From the sequence record NC_052663.1: DNA of 64,000 nucleotides; one strand, written 5' to 3'. A program made the translations under genes and the position numbers. The DNA comes from Escherichia phage VEcB. The stretch's first letter is position 1, and each line of letters begins with the position of its first letter. Below are positions 39,165 through 48,019 of the stretch, piece after piece. The notes under the pieces are model-generated. The model saw nothing but the letters and a program-made list of their open reading frames with translations, ran no database searches and was not told the DNA's origin.

Positions 39165-39837
39165 ATTTTTGAGCCTCCTCATAAGAGATAAAAGTTTTAC
39201 CATTGCGAAGATCCTCCAGGGATTGTTTATATTGTTCCCAGTTTACACCAATCCCCTGTTCTTTCTCTTCTTTTGACAGATTCGCAAAAGGTAAAGGATT
39301 GTCTCCAAATACATCATCAGGATGGATAAACGCCATAATTCGAATAGGACATGGTACGCCTTGAATACCTCGGTTCAAACCTGCCAGTGGGACGCGATGA
39401 ATCCACTCTGCATCTTCATACCCATAGCCGTGGGTGTATGAGCGGAAATAGCCAGCTTTCTCAATAACTGCACGGGAATACATACCAAACTGGCACATTC
39501 CTAGCTCCCAAATAACCACTTCCCCTTCAATACCTTTTACTTTATCTTTAAAGTATTCAGGCATACCAAAGAAATCCCAACCATTTTCCTTCGCCTGTTT
39601 TACAAAATATGTTTCCCAACCTTGAACAACAGGATAGCAATCATCATCAAAAATAAACCAGTAATCATATCCTTCATCATAAAACTTTTTCATCAGTTCA
39701 TTACGAGCATATGCAACACCTTTTCGTTCCCGATCATACTGTACAACAAAAGTAGCACTAGGATCAGTCACAAGATAATCTTTAAGAGGACGCTTACCTA
39801 CAGTAATAACACCAACACCAATTTTTGTATTTTCCAA
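39151..39837 (-). CDS. putative glycosyltransferase, GT-A fold (family-2-like)
   Basis: 228 aa; N-terminal GVGVITVGKRP nucleotide-binding start and acidic DDD motif FIFDDDCYP typical of GT-A glycosyltransferases. Confidence 0.55.
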   Translation of the reverse strand: MENTKIGVGVITVGKRPLKDYLVTDPSATFVVQYDRERKGVAYARNELMKKFYDEGYDYWFIFDDDCYPVVQGWETYFVKQAKENGWDFFGMPEYFKDKVKGIEGEVVIWELGMCQFGMYSRAVIEKAGYFRSYTHGYGYEDAEWIHRVPLAGLNRGIQGVPCPIRIMAFIHPDDVFGDNPLPFANLSKEEKEQGIGVNWEQYKQSLEDLRNGKTFISYEEAQKYGKS

Positions 39838-39846
39838 AATAACTCC

Positions 39847-40410
39847 TTAAATAATTTTATTCATGTCTTGACAATGTAAAAGGTGTGAAACAGCTTTTCT
39901 AGGATCATCATTACCTAAACGGTATGTGTGAAATAAATATAACCCACGTAGTAAACCTAGCCTTTTATTGTTAGCGTGCAATGCTTTAGAGAAAATTATA
40001 TCAAACTGTATTGATCTTTCCTCAAAAGGAATTTCATTCCACAGACTCTTACGAAAGAGAAGAAAGAATCCTGCTAAGATAGCATCTGTAGGTACTTCCT
40101 CTATTGAGTTTCCCCATTCTAGATGTGCTCTTTTTGCAATCTCAATGTGGTGTAATATATTCGGATCTTCACTTCTTTCATTATTAAATAATTGATATGT
40201 TGATCCCAATCTGTTACAAGATGCACCAAGAACATCAAAATCAGGATTTGAACGGACAATTGATTCCAGCCAAGCAGGTTGTTCTGGAAGAAGAAACATT
40301 GTATCAATGTCTCTTAGGCAAATCCAACTATCTTCTGGTAAGACACTTATTGTGTCATTGATACCTTTTCCAATATCTCCAGAAAGATAGGGAGTTATGT
40401 GAAATATCAT
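39847..40410 (-). CDS. hypothetical protein, possible GT-A-like glycosyltransferase
   Basis: 187 aa; ICLRDIDTMF DxD-like motif; adjacent to three glycosyltransferase genes. Confidence 0.35.
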   Translation of the reverse strand: MIFHITPYLSGDIGKGINDTISVLPEDSWICLRDIDTMFLLPEQPAWLESIVRSNPDFDVLGASCNRLGSTYQLFNNERSEDPNILHHIEIAKRAHLEWGNSIEEVPTDAILAGFFLLFRKSLWNEIPFEERSIQFDIIFSKALHANNKRLGLLRGLYLFHTYRLGNDDPRKAVSHLLHCQDMNKII

Positions 40411-40467
40411 ACTCCCTCCGTATTATTACTTTAGCATTTTTAGACTAAAAAGTCCAAATGGTTTTAC

Positions 40468-40662
40468 CTATTGATTACGTTTTGCGAGTTCCATTTGGAT
40501 AGCTAAACTGTGATCTCGTGCTTCCATATACTCTTTATATGTTTCATTAAGATGATCACGACAAACATCACGCAGTTTAATCAGCTTATCTGTAGGGATA
40601 CCACTAAGATCATCCCAAGATTTTACAACTTCACCAGTATCATTGATCCCAATGGTTTTCAT
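40468..40662 (-). CDS. hypothetical small protein
   Basis: 64 aa ORF. Confidence 0.3.
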   Translation of the reverse strand: MKTIGINDTGEVVKSWDDLSGIPTDKLIKLRDVCRDHLNETYKEYMEARDHSLAIQMELAKRNQ

Positions 40663-40918
40663 CTACAACCTCCTTAATTGCTACAGCACAGTTTTTGCAG
40701 ATACACTGCCCTTTACCTTTAGAAATCTGGATGTAAGGTTCATTTTCATTTTCGCCCTTACGTGAGTCATATATTACAGAATTGAAGCACACAACGCAAA
40801 TATTTTTTAAGATTGTATACTTATCAACTTTCTTTTTTGTTTTAAAGTTAACCTCAATAACATCAGCCATCAGTGTAACACTCCCAGTATGTTGTTTTGT
40901 GACATAACCATAGAACAT
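40640..40918 (-). CDS. hypothetical Cys-rich small protein (possible zinc ribbon)
   Basis: 92 aa with CVVCF and CICKNC Cys pairs. Confidence 0.3.
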   Translation of the reverse strand: MFYGYVTKQHTGSVTLMADVIEVNFKTKKKVDKYTILKNICVVCFNSVIYDSRKGENENEPYIQISKGKGQCICKNCAVAIKEVVDENHWDQ

Positions 40919-41148
40919 TCAACATTATCGTGACTACGTGAAAAACGTTCCCAAACATCTTCATCGACTCGTAAAGCTATACAAGGATAGACGTTATCAT
41001 TGATCATTTCAATTGAATAAACATCCATATTGTCTTCGTCTTCGATGAACATCATTGCAAACTGTTCTAAATGTTTCCTAATGTAATGTACATCCTCTTC
41101 TGTAAGACCAATAACAAGATAACTTGCAACGATAACGCCATCTTTCAT
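40870..41148 (-). CDS. hypothetical small protein
   Basis: 92 aa ORF. Confidence 0.3.
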   Translation of the reverse strand: MKDGVIVASYLVIGLTEEDVHYIRKHLEQFAMMFIEDEDNMDVYSIEMINDNVYPCIALRVDEDVWERFSRSHDNVECSMVMSQNNILGVLH

Positions 41149-41158
41149 CTATATCTCC

Positions 41159-41668
41159 TTAGCGATAGAATTGATGTTCTTTGTAGCGGTACACTAGAAC
41201 CATATCTTTTTCCCAGTGTGCTCTTATTGTAGATTTTTTAAAGTATAATGCTCCTTTTGTAATATCTAATGCAATTCGTAATTCTGGAAAATGCGTATCG
41301 AGATAAAGCAGACGTTCTGCTATAGCCTTAGCTTCCTTCCACTTATCACGTTCCATAACGTTGAATGTCTTTGTGTAAGAGAATTGTCCTTTTTGAAACA
41401 AAACTTCTTTTATAGTATCAGGGAAATATGAATCTCTAGCCCTATTTAATACTACATTACCAACAGCAGACATACCGCGCTTTCCTTGATTACGACTTTC
41501 TGCATAGATTGCACAAGCTAATAGATTTTCTTTACTATCACGCTTTGTACACTTGTGAACTACTTTAGCAGTTTTTACGTTTGCAGCTTCGGCTTGCGCC
41601 ACGACAGGTGTAAATGTAAAAGCAGTTAAGGATAGTAACGCAATTGCGACAAAGGTTTTTATTGACAA
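41159..41668 (-). CDS. secreted cell wall hydrolase, SleB-like (Hydrolase_2 family)
   Basis: 169 aa; TTG start 5 nt after AGGAGG; N-terminal signal peptide (AIALLSLTAFTFTPVVAQA); SleB-like core LLACAIYAESRNQGKRGMSAVGNVVLNRA...DTIKEVLFQKGQFS. Confidence 0.6.
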   Translation of the reverse strand: MSIKTFVAIALLSLTAFTFTPVVAQAEAANVKTAKVVHKCTKRDSKENLLACAIYAESRNQGKRGMSAVGNVVLNRARDSYFPDTIKEVLFQKGQFSYTKTFNVMERDKWKEAKAIAERLLYLDTHFPELRIALDITKGALYFKKSTIRAHWEKDMVLVYRYKEHQFYR

Positions 41669-41699
41669 ACTTGCCTCCTATTTTGTTAAACGAACTTTT

Positions 41700-41728
41700 A
41701 TTGTAACACAGAAGAGGCTGTTTTGCAA
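41700..41728 (-). promoter_or_regulatory. sigma70-like promoter TTGCAA-N17-TACAAT (minus strand)
   Basis: -35 at 41723..41728 and -10 at 41700..41705 read on the minus strand; about 25 nt upstream of the SleB-like gene RBS. Confidence 0.5.
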
Positions 41729-41731
41729 GTT

Positions 41732-41750
41732 GAGGGGGATTATCCCCCTC
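41732..41750 (-). other. GC-rich hairpin downstream of gene 41761..42363 (possible terminator or processing site)
   Basis: 8 bp stem GAGGGGGA/TCCCCCTC with 3 nt loop; no strong U-tract. Confidence 0.3.
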
Positions 41751-41760
41751 TTACACCCTG

Positions 41761-42363
41761 TTAGATGTTGTAGACCTTCGTATGAGTTACTACACCATCT
41801 TCTACAAAATCAATACGTTCTTGATCCGTAATTAGTGCAGACAATACTTTAAATTTAATTGTTACACGTTCAAAAGCTGGTTGACCATCTTTAAGATAAT
41901 TATGTTCAGTTGTTACTGTCTTGTTTACAAAATCAACTTTTGCTTTACCGTTTTCGCGCAAGTGGAATGTTTTTCCTGCTTTATACACAATTTCAACATT
42001 ACCTTCGAGAGTAATTCCTTCAAAAAGTTCACCCTCTTCTTCATTTTCTTCATTTTTGAACAGACGACGAAACTCTTCCATATCAAGATAAACAACATCT
42101 TCAGAATAACTATCAGTAAGGTATGTCTTACCATCCATTAACCCGAAATATTGCCAGATTGCCGAATAAACATCACTAGTTGATCCAAGGGTATCTCTGA
42201 GTTTAGTTCCACGGATTACTTCATAAACTTCAAAATTGAAACCAGACTGCAAAGCATTAAACAGTACATCACTAACTTCTAAAGCATAATCTTCATTGTT
42301 GTCAATATCCACAAGAAAATTACCGCTACGAATAAGTTTTTGACCTTCTAAAGTAATACCCAT
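41761..42363 (-). CDS. hypothetical protein
   Basis: 200 aa acidic ORF downstream of terD. Confidence 0.35.
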   Translation of the reverse strand: MGITLEGQKLIRSGNFLVDIDNNEDYALEVSDVLFNALQSGFNFEVYEVIRGTKLRDTLGSTSDVYSAIWQYFGLMDGKTYLTDSYSEDVVYLDMEEFRRLFKNEENEEEGELFEGITLEGNVEIVYKAGKTFHLRENGKAKVDFVNKTVTTEHNYLKDGQPAFERVTIKFKVLSALITDQERIDFVEDGVVTHTKVYNI

Positions 42364-42415
42364 TGTTTTCTCCTCTTCTATTTAAAATATGCGCCCCGAA
42401 GGGCGCTATGATTTA

Positions 42416-43012
42416 TTACTCGAACCAATCGTCGCCAGCGCCAAACGCTTTAACTACATCATAAATGTCAAGTCCAGCTTTACCTACACCATATGCTTTC
42501 AGTTTCCATTCGCTATCTTCCCGTACCAGGGAGGCAACGTGGCAAATGGTATTACCTGCAAGTTCTGGAGCCAAGAAGTCAAAATCCAGCAGTTCAACGT
42601 TACGTTCATCATCGAAGATTTTAAGGAAACCTTCGGTAGCGTGACCAAGGCGTTTCTTACCCGTTTCGTCATCAATAGTGATTACGAATGCAATTTCCTG
42701 TGCTTCAGCAGAGATATTACCCAGTGTAACATCAATCTGCTCCATCTGTCCTACACCATCACGAACATCTTCACCTGCAAAAGTAGAACGTTCAGGATCA
42801 AATTTCTGTGCGTAGCATACCAGGTGGCGAGGAGACAACAGTTCCGGCAGACCAGATGCATTGTGTCGGCAAATCAGAGCACTAACATCCAGATCCAGTT
42901 TTTCGTTAGATTTCCAAGAGAATTCCAGACGAATGCGTTTCAGTGCTGGTGCAATCTTTTTCAGAGAAACTTTTTCGCTAGAACCTTTTTTCAGGGAAAT
43001 TTTCTGAGTCAT
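42416..43012 (-). CDS. terD: TerD-family protein
   Basis: 198 aa; N-terminal SLKKGSSEKVSLKK, DLDVSALIC, IAFVITIDD and C-terminal SEWKLKAYGVGKAGL closely parallel conserved TerD blocks; AAGGAG RBS. Confidence 0.8.
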   Translation of the reverse strand: MTQKISLKKGSSEKVSLKKIAPALKRIRLEFSWKSNEKLDLDVSALICRHNASGLPELLSPRHLVCYAQKFDPERSTFAGEDVRDGVGQMEQIDVTLGNISAEAQEIAFVITIDDETGKKRLGHATEGFLKIFDDERNVELLDFDFLAPELAGNTICHVASLVREDSEWKLKAYGVGKAGLDIYDVVKAFGAGDDWFE

Positions 43013-43049
43013 AATTTATTATCTCCTTTGTTGTTAATTTACGTTATCT

Positions 43050-43077
43050 ATTTTACTAATCTTTTCTACAAAGTCAA
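43050..43077 (-). promoter_or_regulatory. sigma70-like promoter TTGACT-N16-TAAAAT (minus strand) upstream of terD
   Basis: -35 at 43072..43077, -10 at 43050..43055 (minus-strand reading). Confidence 0.45.
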
Positions 43078-43084
43078 GCGTTTT

Positions 43085-43879
43085 TTACGCTTTTGCTCCG
43101 AATTTTTTAACCCACTCGCCAAACTCTTCGGATAGCAGTTTATCGTAAAGTTCTTCGTCAGACAAGGACAAATCTGCAATACCGATAAAGTCAACGTTAT
43201 CGTATTCTTTTGCCAAGTCTTTCAGGAATTTAAAGTTTGCATTACCTACACCAACCATAAACCAGTAAACAGGAGTGTTGCGGTGTTTGTTCAGCAAACT
43301 ACGTACTGCTGAAGTATCCATGTTCTCCCCGTCAGTTTGGAAGAAAATCATTGCAGGAGTACGATCAACTTGTGCATCAGTATCTACAACCTGTTCTACA
43401 ACAGTACGTGTAACTTCTACAAGTTCTTTTTTACCAGTCAGTTTAGCAAGGAAACCCTTAGCCGGAACTTCTTCATACTCAACGACTTCGCGTGTAATAT
43501 TTTTCATAGGTACACTACCGAAGTATGTATCATAGATCTCTTGCATTACTGGAGCATAAGCTGTACCACCATTGATGCAAATGTTAGACATGCAAGAGCC
43601 GACATAATCATCATATACATCAGCCGTTGCAGGAGGCAGTTCAAAAGAAGAACTATTGAAAGCCCACATGTCAATCTGTGCATTATCATCAAACTTCATA
43701 CCAAACGGCAGCAGTTTACCTACAAAATCACTAACAGTGCCATCACGATATAGCTCACACATACTACCCGAAATATCTAAGGCGCTACCGACACGAAGAA
43801 CAACATCGTTAATCTTTTTCTTACGCAGAGATACAGTAAGAGTTTCTTGACGTTTTTTAAGACTGATTTTATTGGACAT
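43085..43879 (-). CDS. vWA-domain protein (TerF/TerY-like)
   Basis: 264 aa; TerD-like N-terminal SLKK..TLTVSLRKK start followed by vWA MIDAS motif DISGSM and downstream Thr/Asp metal-site residues. Confidence 0.55.
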   Translation of the reverse strand: MSNKISLKKRQETLTVSLRKKKINDVVLRVGSALDISGSMCELYRDGTVSDFVGKLLPFGMKFDDNAQIDMWAFNSSSFELPPATADVYDDYVGSCMSNICINGGTAYAPVMQEIYDTYFGSVPMKNITREVVEYEEVPAKGFLAKLTGKKELVEVTRTVVEQVVDTDAQVDRTPAMIFFQTDGENMDTSAVRSLLNKHRNTPVYWFMVGVGNANFKFLKDLAKEYDNVDFIGIADLSLSDEELYDKLLSEEFGEWVKKFGAKA

Positions 43880-43880
43880 A

Positions 43881-44150
43881 TTATTTCTCCTTTCTGACTG
43901 TAATGTTAGTAACTTCTAAATCCACTTCTACCACTTCTGTATCATATAAAATACAGTTAAGTTGACCTCTTTGTGAACCGTTCAGACACATTGCTTGGTT
44001 TGTATTAACCTTAATAAACACTAAGTTTCTGAACGTATCTAAACCAGCATCTTGATAGGCAACATAATATACAAATGTATCACCTGCGTCAAGTTCTCCA
44101 AAACATTTAGGTTCATCTGATTCGTCGTCTTTGATATTAAATTTAAGCAC
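43881..44150 (-). CDS. hypothetical small protein
   Basis: 89 aa ORF. Confidence 0.3.
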   Translation of the reverse strand: MLKFNIKDDESDEPKCFGELDAGDTFVYYVAYQDAGLDTFRNLVFIKVNTNQAMCLNGSQRGQLNCILYDTEVVEVDLEVTNITVRKEK

Positions 44151-44706
44151 TATCTTCTCCTTTACCTACTTTCAAGCCTAAATAGAAAGCCTCTCTAGTG
44201 ATTTTTTGCAACTCGTTTAAAGAGATAGTTACAACTAAATCATCTTCAATTTCTAGCTTTGAGTCTTCTTCTGTCTCAATGCAAGTATTATGCACTTTGT
44301 GGTAAGGATTGTCAACACGTTTAAATTTATTATTTTCAGTGCTGAAGAAGCAATCTGGATCTTCCTCCCCATCACCCCAACCCTGGTTAGGATCTTCTTC
44401 AGATCTTTCTGTTGGGATCTCGCCTGTAAAGTGCTCTTCTAATACCAGAGCAATCCCATCTCCAAGATCGGAAGAGAACATCAAATTACAAACTTCTTCC
44501 CAAGGCATAGACCACTTAAATCTTTTACGATTGCCATGTTTATCTTCTTCGTTAGAGAAAACACTACCATAACTATCATAATTCCCATACATCTCTTCGA
44601 CAACCTTACCACCTTTCAAAAGAAATAGGTAGCAAGGAGAGCCATCGAAAGAGGTAGAAAGAGCAGCATTACCAGACTCTTTGCACAAGAAACTAAAACA
44701 CCCCAT
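44143..44706 (-). CDS. hypothetical acidic protein
   Basis: 187 aa ORF, start coupled to upstream stop. Confidence 0.3.
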   Translation of the reverse strand: MGCFSFLCKESGNAALSTSFDGSPCYLFLLKGGKVVEEMYGNYDSYGSVFSNEEDKHGNRKRFKWSMPWEEVCNLMFSSDLGDGIALVLEEHFTGEIPTERSEEDPNQGWGDGEEDPDCFFSTENNKFKRVDNPYHKVHNTCIETEEDSKLEIEDDLVVTISLNELQKITREAFYLGLKVGKGEDSA

Positions 44707-44906
44707 TATACACCAGCCTTAAGATCAATTAAAGCCAAAGTTGTTTCAGAGTGTGTTTGCTCGTCTACAGGTGCAGTCATATGATAATACAAAAAATCTT
44801 CAGCATCATACCAATCTGATTCTTGACCTTGTTTCCAACCATCAATGAAAGCATCTTCCATAATGGTTTGCAATTCTTCACGAGTTAAGTGAATATCTTT
44901 ACTCAT
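44706..44906 (-). CDS. hypothetical small protein
   Basis: 66 aa ORF. Confidence 0.3.
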   Translation of the reverse strand: MSKDIHLTREELQTIMEDAFIDGWKQGQESDWYDAEDFLYYHMTAPVDEQTHSETTLALIDLKAGV

Positions 44907-45139
44907 TACACATTCTCCTCTTTTACCAATTCCATCGTTGAATTGTCAAAACCATCTTTAGAAGAATAGGTATAGACAGAACGTAGTTCTCGCAGGACAG
45001 TGAATACATTAGGATCATCTAACCAAGCATCCTGGAGGAGAACATAACGATCTTCATTGTCATACTGAACAGCAATCATAGAACCAGACAGTTTGTAAAT
45101 TTTAATATTCATAATATATTTCTCCTTAAAGTAGACCAC
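44906..45139 (-). CDS. hypothetical small protein
   Basis: 77 aa ORF. Confidence 0.3.
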   Translation of the reverse strand: MVYFKEKYIMNIKIYKLSGSMIAVQYDNEDRYVLLQDAWLDDPNVFTVLRELRSVYTYSSKDGFDNSTMELVKEENV

Positions 45140-46229
45140 GTTTAACAGTTTGAATCATACCATCTTCAAGAGATTGCACTTCTTGAATGTAATCAATACG
45201 AGCAGCACGGGCTTCAGTGTTGATTCGGTTAGTTTCTTCCAACATTTTAACTAAGTTTTCTTGATCGCGACGTAATGTTTCAATATCCAATACTTGACGA
45301 TTAGCAAGTTTTGTAGCTTCAATTTGGTTTTGTGCAGCCAGATCACTACCCATTGCAATAGCAGCATTAAATTCATTCAGTACATTGTTCTGTGTATCGG
45401 CTGCTTTCTTCTGGCGTAAACTTTCAATATACATAGAAAAGTTTGCAGAGTAAGCAGGAATAACATTATTCACAATATTACGGGCTGATCGCATCAAACT
45501 TGCAGATACTTTCTGCATACTTTGTACACGTGGCCCCATCTGAACACACAGTAAACGCAAGGCTTTCAGGTCTGCAATACGAATTTCAAGCAGATCCATA
45601 GTATCACGAGTACGTTGACGCTCTTCTACTTCATTTTCAGGTAGTGTATTAAGGCGAACTTCTTCTTTTTCATAAGTAGCTGTTAGAAGCTCTATATCCC
45701 TGTTTAAGCTAAGAGCATATTTTGCAATAGCCTCCTCTAAACGTTGCAGATATCGTAAAGAATCTTCTTCTTTTTTCAAATCTGTTTGGAGTGTCTTTAC
45801 CAAACCTTCAATACGGTTATTGATGGTGTCAAATTCTCCAAACAAATCTTCTTTCATACCTAAAACTTTCTTAACTAGTTTACCTAAACCTTTAGATTGT
45901 TTAATAGAGTTAGGATCAAGTTGCTTTGCTTGCTTAATAAGTGCAGTTAAACGTTCACTCATTTCATCTCCCTGAGATGAACGCTGGTGTTTAAGCACTT
46001 CAGCATTAAGGTTACGAAGAGTAAGTCCTGCATCAGCACCAACCTGTTCAATCTCTTCACGAGACATTGGAGGCAGCATTTGTACAGGGCGTGCAACAGC
46101 AGGGGCATATACAGGGCTTGCATCCATAGCACTTGGAGCAAACAAAGACTTACTTTTTTCTGTTGTTGCCGTGAATACACTCATTTCAGACGGTTTGCTT
46201 TTTACGGCACTGATAAAAGGACTGGACAT
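45126..46229 (-). CDS. telA: TelA-like (toxic anion resistance / KlaB family) protein
   Basis: 367 aa, largely alpha-helical coiled-coil protein of TelA size and composition; context with terD and terC; assignment by gestalt, not by a defined motif. Confidence 0.5.
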   Translation of the reverse strand: MSSPFISAVKSKPSEMSVFTATTEKSKSLFAPSAMDASPVYAPAVARPVQMLPPMSREEIEQVGADAGLTLRNLNAEVLKHQRSSQGDEMSERLTALIKQAKQLDPNSIKQSKGLGKLVKKVLGMKEDLFGEFDTINNRIEGLVKTLQTDLKKEEDSLRYLQRLEEAIAKYALSLNRDIELLTATYEKEEVRLNTLPENEVEERQRTRDTMDLLEIRIADLKALRLLCVQMGPRVQSMQKVSASLMRSARNIVNNVIPAYSANFSMYIESLRQKKAADTQNNVLNEFNAAIAMGSDLAAQNQIEATKLANRQVLDIETLRRDQENLVKMLEETNRINTEARAARIDYIQEVQSLEDGMIQTVKRGLL

Positions 46230-46297
46230 TCAATTTCCTCCATATTCTTTAGTAAATGGTGATACCTCTGTACCACCATAATAACACAAGTTAAGTA

Positions 46298-47149
46298 TTA
46301 AACAAACATATCTAAATAATTTGTAGTAATAAATGCTCCATCTGCTTCCAGATTAACATAACCCGTGGTATTAGCAGTTAAGAAATCTAGATCGAAGGAC
46401 TCTTTAACACCCCGTACCTCAACACGAGAGATATCGAATACAGGTAGTGTAACAGCCTCTTCGTGCAATACCGTACCTTTGTAGGTTGCCTTAATGATAA
46501 ACTTGATATTACCTGTTCCAGCATCATATAAAACACTTTCAAACCCTTTGAGAGTATATTTATCACCAGAAGTGAAGTGCAAAGTTGCTTTGTTTACAGT
46601 ACGTTTCTTACGAGGAGTTCCTTTCACACGTTTATGATCACTACGTTTTTTGTATTTAGGAATGAATACAAACGATACACTCTCAAGAAAGGTATCAACA
46701 TCAAGGATTTTAATATCCTCTGTTGCAGCAAATTTTGAAGTCGTTGCATCAAAATGCTTTTCCCTGCGATCATACATAAAGATATCAAACCGATCTTCTA
46801 AATCAAACAAATTATGTATTTTAATTTCAGAATGCTTGCGCATTGCAGCAACCTTGAACTCTTCAAAACGTGGGTGTTCTACAAGTTCTTCAAGTTTTAC
46901 ACCAAAGACAGTATATGGCTTCGAAGTCTTTTCTGGTGTTGGCATTACAGAAGCATAGTCCCCGATTGCGCTCTTAAAGCAAAATTGTTCTTGACCTGTA
47001 TTTTTACCAACGAATTTACAGTATTCATCATCGTGCATACTTTCCTTGGTAGTACCAACAAACTCAAAACCATCTTTATTCTTCTCAAGGATTTCTTGAT
47101 TAAAGATCCAACCTTCCAGGCGATATACTTTACCAACTTCTAGTTTCAT
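46298..47149 (-). CDS. hypothetical protein
   Basis: 283 aa ORF. Confidence 0.35.
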   Translation of the reverse strand: MKLEVGKVYRLEGWIFNQEILEKNKDGFEFVGTTKESMHDDEYCKFVGKNTGQEQFCFKSAIGDYASVMPTPEKTSKPYTVFGVKLEELVEHPRFEEFKVAAMRKHSEIKIHNLFDLEDRFDIFMYDRREKHFDATTSKFAATEDIKILDVDTFLESVSFVFIPKYKKRSDHKRVKGTPRKKRTVNKATLHFTSGDKYTLKGFESVLYDAGTGNIKFIIKATYKGTVLHEEAVTLPVFDISRVEVRGVKESFDLDFLTANTTGYVNLEADGAFITTNYLDMFV

Positions 47150-47184
47150 CTGTTTCTCCTTCTTATTTAATCTGTATTAAATTA

Positions 47185-47775
47185 TTAACGACGACGTGAG
47201 CTACTAAAACTACGTTTCGACGAAGAATAACTTTTCGAAGACTTACTATAAGAACTAATAGGGCTTGAGTAAGACTTACGAGCAGAGTAATCACTATTCA
47301 CTTTTGTTGTTGACGGGCGTGAATACGTTTGTACACTTTGCTGCTTAATTGTGTTTTGTTTAGTGGTTGTATATGTATTTCCTTGTTTATCATAAAAACT
47401 ATGCTTTTGTGTTGTATATGCTTTACTGTTAGTTGTAGGAGCAGCGTTGTTATTAATAATTGTTGTGCTGCTACCACCATCTCTATAACCGCCACCGCCA
47501 CTATTACCACTCAACATATGACCAAGAAGCATACCTGTAGCAAACTCACCTACACCAGAAGAACCACTGCCGCCTCCTTGCACAACAACTGTTGAAGGTT
47601 GTGCAGGTGCTGCTTGAACAACTTGAGGTGCAGGCTGATTTACATATTGTTCATCTACCATCTGATTTGGTGTTTGTTGGTAACGTTGATTTTGTACATT
47701 TTCAGAATCATCACAACCTACCAGCAATGCACTACCTAATACAACTGCAACAATAAAAGATTTAATGTTTTTCAT
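47185..47775 (-). CDS. lipoprotein (Gly- and Ser-rich), probable inner-membrane retention signal
   Basis: Start set at ATG 47775 (MKNIKSF; GAGAGGG RBS); signal peptide with lipobox LLVGC, Asp-Asp at +2/+3; Gly-rich and Ser/Tyr-rich C-terminal low complexity. Confidence 0.5.
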   Translation of the reverse strand: MKNIKSFIVAVVLGSALLVGCDDSENVQNQRYQQTPNQMVDEQYVNQPAPQVVQAAPAQPSTVVVQGGGSGSSGVGEFATGMLLGHMLSGNSGGGGYRDGGSSTTIINNNAAPTTNSKAYTTQKHSFYDKQGNTYTTTKQNTIKQQSVQTYSRPSTTKVNSDYSARKSYSSPISSYSKSSKSYSSSKRSFSSSRRR

Positions 47776-47968
47776 TTGTAACCCTCTCATTTAAAGTCTC
47801 AACACAATTTTTAAAATCCCTAGAGAAACAATACATCTGTTCTCCGTTCCTGTTGATAGTAATTGTATGGTTATCAATATATGTTGTCAAGATAAAAATC
47901 AAACAAAACAACCCTAGAGCAAAACAAATATTTTCAAACAGAATCCAAAGAACACGTAAAACCACCAT
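47762..47968 (-). CDS. hypothetical small membrane protein
   Basis: 68 aa with one hydrophobic helix. Confidence 0.3.
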   Translation of the reverse strand: MVVLRVLWILFENICFALGLFCLIFILTTYIDNHTITINRNGEQMYCFSRDFKNCVETLNERVTNEKH

Positions 47969-48019
47969 CAGATCACCTCAACAAAGCCCCCGAAGGGGCT
48001 TAATGAATTAAGCAACAGT

